Source: Dicyema japonicum (taxonomy: Eukaryota; Animalia; Dicyemida). From it: a stretch of DNA of 64,000 nucleotides. Below the pieces are notes generated by a model. The model was not told the origin of the DNA and ran no database searches. It saw only the letters and a program-made list of their open reading frames with translations. The stretch is from contig RDEW01000046.1 in the NCBI GenBank assembly GCA_011109175.1, positions 77,545 through 141,544 of the forward strand. Reading direction: 5' to 3'. This document shows, piece by piece, positions 24,870-38,500 of the stretch (the first letter of the stretch is position 1; the number at the start of each line of letters is the position of its first letter). The position numbers were made by a program, and so were the translations under genes.

Positions 24870-25480
24870 TTATGTATTCTTCATGGATGACTGTGATATT
24901 TGTAAAACTTGGTGATGAGAACTCCCCATAGGTGCTATAACCTTCAGTTGAATGGTCACATATCTAGTTACGTAAAAAAAGAGATGTCTTCTCTGTGCAG
25001 GAGGATACGACCTTGAGGATTGTGAATGCCGACGGGGATCCAAGATGGAGTGCATAATCTAGTATACATTGTGCTCAATAATGCTAGCTGCAAAAGAAGT
25101 TGAACTCAATCAGGGAAAAGAGAATAAAACCTATGCCGATAATGCTTGATAAGAATGTTTAACCAGTGAGAAGTACATTAATACAACTGTTAATTCGGAG
25201 AGTACGCAGACTTGCCCGGTGAAGAGAGTTAGCATGATGCCATCACCTGGATTTTGAGAAGATATCTCGTGAAATCTTATAAATATGAGGCCAACAGATA
25301 GTTAGCTGACCAGAGGACCAATGATTATCCTGGTGAATGCCCGTTCTTTAAAGAAAAGACATAATGAACTAGCATTTCTTGCGGCAATCTCTTAGGCCGA
25401 TACCCCGATAGTTAGTGAAACAAAAATCAAGAAACTGTCTCATATTGGAGGGTTACTATTTTGTGAATATTTATGGATAA
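24870..25480 (+). mobile_element. Jockey/I-like LINE fragment (ORF1 end and APE start)
   Basis: IILVNARSLKKRHNELAFL matches IVLVNARSLKKRRHDLALL at 9417. Confidence 0.65.
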
Positions 25481-26479
25481 AGGTGAACCACATGACGCAC
25501 GCTAAATTAGTTTTAAACATTTTGACAAAAGATGGAAATACACACAAATTTAGTATTTTATTGTATTAAAACAGGGGATAAACGAGAAGGGTTATAGCTA
25601 AGACAAAAAGATTGGAATGNNNNNNNNNNNNNNNNNNNNNNNNNNNNNNNNNNNNNNNNNNNNNNNNNNNNNNNNNNNNNNNNNNNNNNNNNNNNNNNNN
25701 NNNNNNNNNNNNNNNNNNNNNNNNNNNNNNNNNNNNNNNNNNNNNNNNNNNNNNNNNNNNNNNNNNNNNNNNNNNNNNNNNNNNNNNNNNNNNNNNNNNN
25801 NNNNNNNNNNNNNNNNNNNNNNNNNNNNNNNNNNNNNNNNNNNNNNNNNNNNNNNNNNNNNNNNNNNNNNNNNNNNNNNNNNNNNNNNNNNNNNNNNNNN
25901 NNNNNNNNNNNNNNNNNNNNNNNNNNNNNNNNNNNNNNNNNNNNNNNNNNNNNNNNNNNNNNNNNNNNNNNNNNNNNNNNNNNNNNNNNNNNNNNNNNNN
26001 NNNNNNNNNNNNNNNNNNNNNNNNNNNNNNNNNNNNNNNNNNNNNNNNNNNNNNNNNNNNNNNNNNNNNNNNNNNNNNNNNNNNNNNNNNNNNNNNNNNN
26101 NNNNNNNNNNNNNNNNNNNNNNNNNNNNNNNNNNNNNNNNNNNNNNNNNNNNNNNNNNNNNNNNNNNNNNNNNNNNNNNNNNNNNNNNNNNNNNNNNNNN
26201 NNNNNNNNNNNNNNNNNNNNNNNNNNNNNNNNNNNNNNNNNNNNNNNNNNNNNNNNNNNNNNNNNNNNNNNNNNNNNNNNNNNNNNNNNNNNNNNNNNNN
26301 NNNNNNNNNNNNNNNNNNNNNNNNNNNNNNNNNNNNNNNNNNNNNNNNNNNNNNNNNNNNNNNNNNNNNNNNNNNNNNNNNNNNNNNNNNNNNNNNNNNN
26401 NNNNNNNNNNNNNNNNNNNNNNNNNNNNNNNNNNNNNNNNNNNNNNNNNNNNNNNNNNNNNAAAAATTGTGTCATTTTG

Positions 26480-26799
26480 AGAAACCACTACAACAACTAC
26501 GACTACGGAAAAGACAACGATTAGAAGGTCAACTAAAAACGAGCCTACCACAGTGAAGACAACTACAACCACTGAGTCTAAGAGTGATGGTGATGTCTTT
26601 GATTCTGGTTAAATTATGATTTAATGAAGCTGGGAATTGTAATAAAATTGGATATTTTGCTGTTGACGGGTGCAAGAAATTTGTTATCTGTGGATACATT
26701 GGTCAGATAGCTTATCCTGTTAATTGTCCAGGAAACTTGATTTTTGATGAAACTCATAAATACTGCAATTATCCAAACTTGGTTGACTGCAAAGTCTGA
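26480..26799 (+). CDS. 3' part of a Thr-rich (mucin-like) protein ending in a peritrophin-A/CBM14 chitin-binding domain; intron 26608-26629; 5' part lost in the gap
   Basis: ETTTTTTTTEKTT...TTTTTES linker then CNKIGYFAVDGCKKFVICGYIGQIAYPVNCPGNLIFDETHKYCNYPNLVDC, with six Cys in ChtBD2 spacing. Confidence 0.85.
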
Positions 26800-27299
26800 A
26801 TTAACTTACTTCTTCGTTCGGTATACTAATAATAACTCTTTTCGGATATCACTAACAATTTAAAAAATTCAAAAATTTATTAAACTTCCAAAGAGTTATA
26901 AACTTGTAAGCATCTTTCGCGATTTAAAGCGCCCTCTTACGATTTGTATGGAAATACACTCAATCATCCATCTCTCTTATTGGCTGTTGCAACAATACTT
27001 TTTGGATTCAAATCTCTTTCCTTCCTACATAAGATCTTTTGACATCAAAAAAGATAACTATGTGAATCTAACTTTGGTTTTTAGTCCAACTGTTTAATTT
27101 GTGTTTCATTAAGTTACAGACAAGTAGATCAAATGGCTAATTGGTCCAAAGTTTATTGTGACACATCACTACTACAAAAATTTCTACATAGCTTCAAGAT
27201 AGATGATAGTTAATATGTATTTTGCTAATAATAATTCGGTTTAAGAAAAATTACATTGTTTTCAGTTCTAATATATTCTTTAGATCTTCATGGTAACGC

Positions 27300-27615
27300 A
27301 GTATAGCATGTTTCGGGAAAAAGGCCTGATGGCCCCTAGTACGAATCTCGCTGCTGTACATTCCAGCTGTAGGTTCCATGCATCTACGATGTTTTGGCTT
27401 GAAGAGCGCCGCCGTCATCAGTGAGCATCTCACTACGGAACCGAATCGTCTATAAAAGGACTCACACAAAACAAAAAGAAAAAAAACGAAGAGCATTCTT
27501 GATTCTTCCTCATCGTTTAGTTATGATAACTGTTCTTTGATTAAAATAAAGTGTGTGTCTTCTCTGAGAAGAGCTATAGCTAATATGGCTCTTCGTAAAA
27601 TACATCATTATTATT
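27300..27615 (+). mobile_element. tRNA-derived SINE family copy with (ATT)n tail
   Basis: Colinear homology to the reverse complement of 58683-59015 (TCTCGCTGCTGT...GTTCCATGCATCTACGATG...TCATCAGTG...). Confidence 0.7.
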
Positions 27616-28869
27616 AGATCCGCATAAGAACAAATAGACTCTACAATTACCAATAATAATGTTAAATTGATCACAACGTGAATTAGCTTGCATAATCAAG
27701 TTTATTCAATATCTTCTTAAAACATCTAAAGCGCAGAATAAGCATTGCCTATTCCATAAATATGAATGAGGAATAATCTAACTTATTCGATGGAATTATC
27801 ACATCTTTCAAACTATGGAGTTACAATCAGGTCTCGTCATTTTGATGAGCTATTTATTTGTTAATATATTAGTGTTATTGATCATATAAAGAAACTTCGG
27901 ATATTTATTATCTCGATGAGAATATCAGAAACTTGATTCAAACTACTTGGAATAAAATGGGGAAAGGGGAGTTCCCATATTATATAGGATTACGTTTATG
28001 ACCAGAGATCAATATTGCCTGCACCGTAAAAGAATTGGAAGATAATTTTTTCTCATCTAATTGACTTTTTTTATGTTTGATTTAATCTTAATGTTAATTA
28101 ATTTAGACGCTTGAATGGATAGAAATGCGTCAAAAAAATTCGTTCTAAAATACATCAGATTCCACCCGTGAGAAGGCGAGTACTTCTAGTACGACGCAGT
28201 CGTTGAAAGGATTTCCTACCTTCTATCTGACCAATTCTACTGTTGAAGATTACCATTTTGAAAACTCTTCCACCTATGAATGTGACAGTAAGGCGAGATA
28301 TGAAAATGAAAGAACGCGGACCTACTTCTCCACATCTCTTCTGAAGTTGAAGTCTGTAATGGATTATTGAAGGATCGAATTGGTCTGCTAAACAGATGTT
28401 CTCCTTTGAGTTCTTTCCTTGGATTTATTAGTTGTGACTGTTCTGGGCTTACAACACAGCCTGGGATCAATATATAAAATAAAAAAGTACCAAATAGATA
28501 AGGTCCGATGTTTTAAAATTTGCATTCCAATTAACAAAAAATGTAAATGGCATCTATTTAAAATTCACTCAAAAATCGAAGGAGACCCAAAATCTGAGTT
28601 TTATTTAGGTGGGGGATTTAATACGTTGTCACCGATGTGATTCAATTGAATTTTAAAGAAATCAAACTTTATTTTAAATGAAACATAATTCCCAAATATT
28701 ATTTATTTTTGATTTTGAAAAGTTTGATTTTAATTCCAAATATTTCCGATATTAGATTTTATATTATCGAAAATACGATAAACTAAAAACATCAAAAATA
28801 ATAAAATTTTCAAAATAATCAAAATTTCGAAAATTTGCTTCGGGTTGATAAATAGAATCAAAAATAAAT

Positions 28870-30560
28870 AGAGTCAACCCAAATAGGGGTCAGCATACCA
28901 GGGGGTTGTGAAGCGGCAGTTCATGCTGTCCGAAACATTCACCGAAAAGAACGAGAATATTCCTCACGTAATCGTCAAAATTGACATTAAAAATGCCTTC
29001 AACTAGATATGACGTGATACAATTCTAAAGGATTGCTTCACATACTACCCATAAGTGTACAGCTATTTTCATAACTCGTACGAAAAACCATCAAGTCTGC
29101 TACACGACCAATGCTACATCCCATTGTCTTCTGGAGTTCAACAAGGAGACTTACTGGGGCCTGCCATGTTCAGCTTGGGAATTGCCCGTATCACAGGATA
29201 TTGTTCCATCCTCTGAGAGTATGGTATTTGGATGATTTTACCATGGGCGGCGATCCGAAGGATGTACTAGATTGTTTGAAAAGTCTGATAGTCAAAATGG
29301 AATCCCTATGCCTAACTCTAAACACCACGAAATGTGAAATTATCAATTTTGGATTTCCGCAGCCTGAATCGGATTTGATCCTTGATATGTTCAGAGAGAT
29401 CATTCCGAAAGCCACAGAAACCAAATCAGAACAACTGCAAATACTTGGAAGCCCTTTTACTGATGCTGGAATCAGTAACACTATAAGAACAAAAGAACAT
29501 CAACTAAAAACAACATTCAAACGTCTGGAGATGCTGGACGCACAGACCTTCCTATTCCTGCTGAGAAACGCCTTATCAGCACAGAAACTGAACTACGTTA
29601 TTCAGGGGCATCCTGCTACCTGAAAATGCTCGGTGCTATCGATTCCCTCTTCCGGACCACTATTGAACGTATCACAAATGTGAAATTTGACTACCAAGGG
29701 TGGGACCAAGCGACCCTACCCGTTAGCCTGGGCGGACTGGAAATCCCTTCACCGAAAAATTTGGCTTGCCACGCGTATCTGTCTTTTTTGGACTTCAGCC
29801 GACTGCTGATCAGGATGATTCTCCAACTCTAAACAGAATCATCTGAAATCACAGATATGGAGCATTTGAAAGGGATGATGCCTAACCAGAAAGACCGTTA
29901 CAGGACCATCTGCGAAGATAAACATGAAAGGCTTCTGGACCAATCATTCCAACAAAGACGTGCCTGTCTAGTCATAAAAATGTGAATGGAGTGGTGCTTG
30001 GATCAATGCACTCCCCGTTGGCAGTGTCGGGACCTACCTTGACGACGATACTGTCCGCATCGGCATCTCCACTTGGACTGGAAATTTGCCGGACTCACAA
30101 ATGCCGTTGTGGCGCCACCGTCGATTGTTATGGACACCATGCCCTCTCGTGTCGAAGAAGTGCAGAACGATTCCCAAGACACAAGGGGATCAACGGAATT
30201 TGGGGGGAAACCTTCGGTCTGGGACGCTACTTGTGTCGACCCACTTTGCCCGTCCAACATTGTCGGGAGCGCGGTAGACACACTGTATGCAGAGAAAAAA
30301 CAATGAGGACAAAGGAGAAATAATACGAAGCGCTACGCGACCGATTCGCGTTCTATCCGATTGTGGTCGAGACAACTGGAGGAATAAGTGGAAAATCGCT
30401 TCGCTTCCTAAAGAAACTCGGACACCTAGCTACACTAATAAGCCACGACGCGCGTAAGACCAGGTGGCTTTTCCAGCTGATCTCTGTTCCAATCGTGAGA
30501 GGCAACACAACGTCGATAATGTCGGCAGGGTCCTCTTTGGATGAATGGCTGTGTTAATTA
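28870..30560 (+). mobile_element. CRE-clade RLE-type non-LTR retrotransposon, 5'-truncated and degenerate
   Basis: GGCEAAVHAVR, VKIDIKNAFN, GVQQGDLLGP, WYLDDFT, CRCG...HHALSC knuckle, WDATCVD, FYPIVVETTG, WLFQLISV...RGN. Confidence 0.88.
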
Positions 30561-30619
30561 ATTATTAATTATTTATAAATGCTAACTTAGATTGTAATAT
30601 ATGTTCTTAGTATTTTTTG

Positions 30620-30980
30620 ATTGTAAGAGTGTTGTAATAGTACTCCCATAGTTTTTCAAAGTATTCGATGTTTTTCAAGTTTTGACAAACGTTTGCTTCG
30701 CAAATACCGCAATAGTCTTGATTGTTTCATTTGACAAAGTAATATTGCATATTAGGCAATACGACTTTGTTTCATCAATGGGGCTTAATAAATCAAAATG
30801 ATAAGAATCTGCTTTGTAATTACGAACTGAACTCTCCACTAAGAAGTTTATTTAACGATTTTTAATAATTTATGGTAGAAATCAATAATTAAAAATCCAA
30901 CACTCAAATTTAAAATTCCATCGGCCAAAAGTAAAAATCCCAACGCCCATATGGGCGATATCCCAGGTTGAGAACCACTG
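30620..30980 (-). mobile_element. hAT Buster/Charlie 5' end with TIR and BED finger remnant
   Basis: TIR CAGTGGTTCTCAACCT (reverse complement of 30965-30980); downstream YCLICNITLSNE motif. Confidence 0.7.
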
Positions 30981-31494
30981 CACTAACATATTTAATATCC
31001 AAAAAATCAGTCTTTTTGGCATGCGGGATGTCCTGAGTTATTTTGATAGTCATCTTTGTACTCAGGTTCTGTAGTGATCACTGCTGATTCCAAAATGAGG
31101 AAATACCGTGGCTTTGAAGATCAGTTGGCCTTTCATGTGATCTCTGTTTAGACATGTGACGTGCGTAGCCTCAAAACGTCAGAATTTATCAGGTTAATTA
31201 GGCAGCTTGCATGACCGCGCAAGGGAATGACATAATGGTTCTCGTGATCGTGAGGGGTAACTCCCATTGCGTGCTCAATCCCTGTAGGTCATAAGACCAT
31301 AATAATTGTATTTGAAATAGAACTTTAAATTTTTGATCTACAACAATAAATAATTTCACAAGTCCAACCAGAACTGCATGAATCAATAAAAGACAATTAT
31401 AAGAAGAGTACGAGTAAACTATAATTTAAATTTATTTACAACAGCTTTTTATCGCACAATTTTCGTAATTTGAGTTATTTCTGCATAAATTCAA

Positions 31495-32112
31495 ATGGAA
31501 ACTACCTATAAAACCGCTTACGTGGCGCCAAAAAGACAGGATATGGCAACAAAAAAGTCTCCGAAAATTTTAAAAGTAATTCTAAGCTCATTTCATAGGA
31601 TGAAACCGCTAAAATTTGTCCAATCACCGAAACGACGTATCAAACTCATTTTTGCAACTACAAAAAATTTTTTCAGAAGAAATCCAATAAATACGACCAC
31701 ATACTACCAAAGGTGAGTAATCATCATATTTTAGATTCAAAGCAATGTCGATAGTTTTGTCACATTTATGTCGAGTTGTAGGAGAATTCAAAAAAATATT
31801 CTCAAGAAGGGGAAATGTGGGAATCCTGAATGCCCACCGAAATCATTTTATCCCCCCAATATAGTTAAGAAGTTTAATATGGAATCTGATTCTGCATTTC
31901 GGACAATTTACTTAGAATGCTATCACTGTAATAAAGAGATATTCAATCCTTGGGGGAAGGTTATCTCCAAAAAGCCAACTGTTGTCAAAATCAAAACCAA
32001 AAAAGGAGATGTTAATCAAATTGATGTATTATTTATTATTATTCAGGTTCCACATGATGAAATCCCGGACATTAAAAAATTATTAAAAAAATTAAAGACT
32101 AAAAAGGAATAA
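31495..32112 (+). CDS. Orphan 4-exon gene, ~183 aa, Lys-rich, with two ETTY repeats and a putative C-x4-C/C-x2-C zinc site; introns 31576-31598, 31713-31734, 32026-32046
   Basis: Three 21-23 nt GT-AG introns (third optional for frame) join METTYKTAY..., DETAKICPITETTYQTHF..., IQSNVD...CGNPEC...CYHC... into one open frame. Confidence 0.7.
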
Positions 32113-33254
32113 TTAACAACAGTAAATTTCAGATAATAAATTAATTAAATTAAAACATTAACCTGTGTTTTTAAATTCTCTAGTGTGGGATCATGTAGTT
32201 TATCACTGAACAGAAAAAAAGGACCATTCGACCTTACTTACCTCACTGGTTAGTTCGATGGGGTGGCTGTGCAATAAATTAGTTTCTAACTGTTGACCCC
32301 CGCCGATATAAATTTCGTCGTTCTATAGAAAAAGATATTTACTTGAGGAACCATTGCGTGTTTTTGATTGTCGTCAGACACCCCATGATCTTGAGGAAAG
32401 GCTTCCTGCTTATCCTTCCATTTGTCTCCAATAAAGCGTAGGATTAATAAAGTATATTCTGGTGAAATAATTCAAATAGTGCTCCCCTCGTATTCTCATA
32501 AGGACTTCTTCACAGTCAAAGCTGAAGTAAAATACTTCTTTCCAACCTCCGAGATATTGATCCTTAATTATTGGGAACGTAACAGAGTTTTAAGTGTTTA
32601 TCTTCCTAAATTGCCGTATTTATTAAACTTCAACAACATCCAATCTTGGATAATTATTAGATCACAGGAATTGTTTAATAAAAAAATTAGAGTCAGGGGA
32701 CACAGCCTGACTACATGGTTATTCCCTCTCTGGACTGCGGGGAATGCGCTCGAATAACAAGAATTGTGCGTTATTTACAATTTTTCATTTAAATTATTTG
32801 AAATTTTCTTAATGCTGTGCGTAATTCCATTTAATTGTTTTCACTTTAAGTGTAATATATTTTCCATTTTTCCGATTTTTTAGAATTAATATAAAAAGTG
32901 CAGGGTTTAAAAATAATCATTAATATTCCTTTTGCTCAGAAAACTTAAATCTGCAAAAGACCTAGAAGATCTACGGACAGATGCGCAAAACAGAGGGCGA
33001 TGGAGACTCCTGTGTCGTAGATCCGACCAGTTGTTCCCCACGCACATATGTTGTGCGGTTTCTTACGGAATTAACAGTTTCATCTTTATTCTCGATGGGT
33101 TATTCATGGACTCCTTCGACGTAGTAAATTTCAATCGAGTAGTTAGTCGGAGTTGAAATGTTTCACAGTATAACATTCACAGTAGCTTCTAATCTCCAAT
33201 AATCTGCTGATCTTTTAGAAGGAATAAATTCCTTTCCTTGAGATCCTTTATGAC

Positions 33255-33600
33255 TATTGTTCCCCTTAGTCATGACCGATAACAGGTCACAGCTGCCTTC
33301 GATGGAAGACATCCAGTTTGGAAAGTTCAATTCTGAGTATCTCCCGACTATTGCTCCCCGTAGTCATGACCGATAACAGGTCACAGCTGCCTTCGATGGA
33401 AGACATCCAGTTTGGAAAGTTCAATTCTGAGTATCTCCCAGGTAGGAGCGTTGTACGTCAAAATTTGAATTATGAATGAATTAAATGCCATCAAAAAGTG
33501 AACTTTTAAATTCAGTGACAACAGAAGTGGTCTATAGACAAAAAAACATGATTTCGACACTCTTGGAAATCATAATCCGAAGGAATTATGAAAGAGGTCT
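33255..33600 (-). mobile_element. RTE LINE C-terminal fragment with ~94-bp tandem duplication; sister copy at ~35000-35250
   Basis: MAFNSFIIQILTYNAPTWEILRIELSKLDVFHRRQL on the minus strand. Confidence 0.65.
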
Positions 33601-34189
33601 GGTCCAACATGATTAAAAGACAACGTCCTACCGTCTCTGACATCACTTCATTCTTAGGCGGAATAGTTTTCATAATGTAATCTTCACCAGAGGATTTGGT
33701 CAGGAAGATGGTAGGAAGATCAATTTCAACAATTGTGTCGTGCCAGAAGTACTCGTCGCCTCAGGGTTGGATCTGTTTGACAAGAACTGATTTTTGCTGA
33801 AAACTTTATCTTTCGGATTTGAACTTACGACCTTCATATACGATGTCATTAGACGCTACGATCAGTCAGGTGGACTTTCCTTTGCCTGGGAGAGAGATGG
33901 GAGAAGTGGGTTTCTTCTTCTATAAGAGATTTTCACAAAAGCGAAAAAATCAGGCTCCCCATTTACGACAATTTACTTATATTATTTCATATTTTTAAAT
34001 ATTTAAATATTATATAATACATGCACATGCTTTTTCATGTTGTAGTTGTGTATATTTTTTTGCATATGATGATTAACGAGATCCAACTCTGATGTCTGAT
34101 TAGTTTATGTCTGATGCAATTCTTTACTGTACATGTAATTTGTTATTAGTAAATGCAGATATATTGACTATTATCCTATACATGTAACC

Positions 34190-35000
34190 CATCTAACAAA
34201 ACTGGTTCAATTCATTTCGGACGGCCTGAATACACCAAATCCACACGAGAAAACCGTGCTGATCTTAGTGGATGTAGAGAAGGCTTTTGACTCAGTATCC
34301 AGGAAGATCCTTAGAGTAAAAATTTTACGACGTCGATCCACCTAAATTCAAATCATGTTGGCTAACTTCATCAACGGTCGAATGGGCCAAGTGGTGGCAA
34401 ATAACCAAAAATCAAAACCGCGATACCTTCCAAATGGAGTTCCACAAGGATCACCGTTATTACCATGCTCTTCAACATGTTTCTCAGTGACCTACCATGC
34501 CCAACTACCAAAAACACAGTTCTTTTATCGTATGAGGATGATCTAGTGGTTGCAGTGAAACATCGAAGAATCGTGGGTGCGACACGGTCCGTGCAAGATC
34601 TACTAAACCTGATGGATCTTTGGTTCTTGAAGAACCGTCTGAATATATCACCAGAAAAGTGACACGTAGTGACGTTTACTCAACACGAAAAGAATTACGG
34701 GCAACACCACGAATAACATTGTATGACACCCCGCTTCGCATTAAGAAGACCCTTTCAATCTTTGGCGTCATCCTGATCCCCTACTCACATTTACCCATCA
34801 AGTGGACCTAGTTACCGCGAGAATCTAAAAGAAAATTGTATTCTCAAGGTTTTCACTCACTCCCCAGTATCTTCCCGCCCATCGTTAGAGCTCTATACAA
34901 ACAATTCTTTCTACCTAGTATCGAGTACGCCTGTGTTGCATGGATTGCCCCCTCATCAATATCGCCACAGAGCAAGCTGGAGGTTTTACAAAACCTTCAT
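34190..35000 (+). mobile_element. Ingi/I-like LINE RT fragment
   Basis: VDVEKAFDSV, LANFINGR, PNGVPQGS, YEDD, PSIEYACVAW. Confidence 0.8.
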
Positions 35001-35599
35001 GACTACTGCTCCCCGTAGTCATGACCGATTACAGGTCACAGTTGCCTTCAATGGAAGACATCCATTGGAAGGTCAATTCTGAGTATCTCCGAGGTTGGAT
35101 CGTTGTACGTCAAAATTTGAATTATGAATGAATTAAATGCCATCAAAAAATGAACTTTTAAATTCAGCGACAACAAATGTGGTCTGTAGACAATAAACAT
35201 GATGTCGACACTCTTGGAAAGAGATTGTTTATGATTATGGGAGAAGCATCGAGCCAAACTGAGTGGCTAGATTAATTTTGTCGAGATCACTTAGTTTGTT
35301 TTTTCGGTTAAACGGTGTTCTTGGAATAAAAATTTAATTTAATTATTTTGTCTGAGCAACCAATTATTCGCTTCATTTAGTAAAAAATTGTTTTTTTAAT
35401 CCCAAAAGACATACTTATTATAATTAAGATCACTGATTTATTTTCCGGTTTTGATGCTCAACAAGAACATTTATTAAGTTCTAACTATCTACCCCCATCG
35501 ACATATTTTGACAGTATTAACCCTTATGATAGCCAAGAGACTGTTGGTCACCTTGCGTGTAATGGAGGTTGTCCTATGGCAAAGACCACTACTCGTCGC

Positions 35600-38500
35600 A
35601 GACTATCCGAAATCTATTTTGGGTTAGAGATCTTAATTCTAAGGCATGTTGCTTTTGGGTGTGGTTCAACCGATCAGGATAAACGAAGATTGAGACATTT
35701 ATCCGACTCTCTTGGCTTCGAGGTTTTGACATCCAAGGAAGCAAATCATTATTCGTTCACAAGTGGTGATACTTGGTGTTTTTCTGGTGTCTTCACCTCT
35801 TATTGCGCATGTGGATACTCCTATATCTTCGAGATCCCATATTCCCAAGTCTTATGTGTTAATTTTAAAGTCATCCATGTATTGGGGGTTTCATGAAATT
35901 TGATACTGATTATGTAAATAGAGTCAGTACAAAACTTTCATGACGGATATGTTCTTTATTGACGTCTATGTTGTTGTCCGGTGATGTGGACTATGTAAAC
36001 GCAAATATTGTGATTGATGTAAAGGAATATCTACATTTTTTTGCTAAACTTGTTTTTTTCTGGAGATTCTAAAGCTGTTTCCCTACCATATCAAGCGGAA
36101 ATTTCAGAACGAAATCGCCTTCGGGCAAAATTAAATGGTGTCTGGCTTATGTGGACCGAGAATTTCTACAGAGAATACGAGTTACTCAGAAGACTATAGA
36201 TTTCTTATTTAAAAAAGATATTTATAAAAATGGAAGACTAAAGTAGAAAGGTTGAAACCAAAAACCAACATTCCGGAGGTCTTATCGGAGGCTTGTAGCT
36301 CTTGAATCTAAATCGATGTTATTAATTTGAAGAGATCCGATGGCAGTATTATCACTGAAGTTGGGATGTCCTAATGCTATTCAGGAGCTGCACGAGAGTA
36401 GTTCAAGGGATGATCCAACGATCTAGTGCCCGAAAATCTCTTTCGAGTATGAAAATTGGAAGAGCATTTTGGGATATGGCGCATGGAGATCATTAAAGAA
36501 GAGGTGAAACAAACTATTATGAAGTACCGAGATAAAGCTCTTGGAATGGACGGGATACACCAAAAGATATTCAAGGAGGGTCCGGATTTCCTTTTGAGTT
36601 CCTCCGTTTCCTATTTGGAGCAAGTCTCAATATGGGATATGTACCTAAAGCTTGGAAGATTCCATTATTCGGATGATCCCAAAACCAGGAAAATAAAGGA
36701 TTCCTTGGACTATAGACCTATTAGTCTATAAACTCAATTTCAAAAACCATGAAGAGGCTGATCTATAGATATATTTTATTAACATAACAAACTCGTTACT
36801 AATTAAAAACTAATTAAGCAGGGAGAAGCCAATGAGTTTGTCCTAGTTGATGGGGTCTGGTATACGAAGCACCATATGTCTCCTCTTCGAAATATTGACC
36901 CCTTGCACCAAATAAGAATTATTTTTTCAAGTGGTGCAATATATTTTCAATGATCTTGCATGTCTTTCATCACCAGGAGGTAATTTAAATTATAAATCAC
37001 ATCCCTATCCCAGTTTAATAGCATATCTCCTCAGTATATCGAGAAGTTCTACAAGAATACTTTACTCATCACTTTCAAACCATCCTTAGAAGCCATAAAT
37101 CAAGAATAGTTCTATACAAGCTGTATAAGTATTGACAAAAGTTTCCGGACTCAATTGAAACCGTAGAAGCAACTTCAGCATCGCCGTAGATTTTTCATTT
37201 TTTTCTTGATTTAATTTATAAAGGAACCCTTCGAGTTCCACACAAACACCAAGATATTGCAATTGTTCCATGCATTCGATTGCTCCAGTATTAATACAAA
37301 TTTTTGACTAATTTTTGTTATTCACAATCCATAAAGCAGTAAACTTTTCAAGAGATAAGGATAAACTTTTATCTCAGCACTAAAATTTAATTTTTTCGAT
37401 GAGTTGAAACACATTTCCAGGAAATCGATTTATTAATACTAAGATCAAGCAGAAGTATATCATAGCATAAATAAGCATTTTCGAATTTAAGTGTTCAACC
37501 TTCGGAATGTCACACATAACACAATTGAATAAAAGGGAACTTAAGATAGACCCTAGTGGTACCTCTATTTTTACCAAAATTTTCTTCGATATATGATTTC
37601 CAATACCTATAAAAGATTCTCTACCAGAAAGAAAATCCTTCAGGCACAGTAGTGCCTTGCTCCCAACATTAAAATTTGACAGAGTATTCAACAACCCAGC
37701 ATGCCAAACGCTATCAAAAGCCTTAGATTTGTCTGGACATACGGCCGTAAGACATTCTCTATTCTTCAAAGCAACACATATAAAATTTGATAATATTGAG
37801 AAACAATCTCCAGTTCCTCTAGTGGGGCGAAAACCCCACTGATCATCGAGAAGAAATTTGTCATCTTCAATATACTTTGATAATCTGTTAAAATAATTTT
37901 TCCATGATTTTCGATATACTGCATATCAGGCTTATTGGCCTATAGTTCTCTGGATTTAAACTAAATTTTCCCATCTTCGGGATCATCCGTACAAAAGACT
38001 TCTTCCACGTAGAAGGAGCATGTCCAGAACACCACGAAGAATTAAATAAAGCCCATTACGTTTTCAATAATGGCATTCCAGCATTTTTGAAGACAGTTAG
38101 GGGGATAAAATCCCATCCCGGAGTTTTATTTTTGCATCCATTAATAGCAAGAATTATCTCCTCCATAGTAATCGTTCCACACAAAGGCCCCTCCACAAGC
38201 GAGGATGGCTCCTCTTCAAGAAAACTAGTTTGTATGCCTCGGGAAATAATTAACAAAGGATCCAATTCTTGTACCTCAGCGAGCTGTTGTCTTAAGACAT
38301 CTGGAACTGTTTCTTCCGGGATCTAAGAGCCGTCACGAAACTTGAGATTTATCTCTTCACCTTTCTTTCAAAAAAGTTTCCAGAATTTAGGATTATTACG
38401 ATAGAGTTTGGAGTATTCTCTCCTCCATCTATCTTCTTCAATACTTTTTGAAACTTCCATCAATACTCTCTTTATGAACTTGATCCCCTCTTTAAGACGG

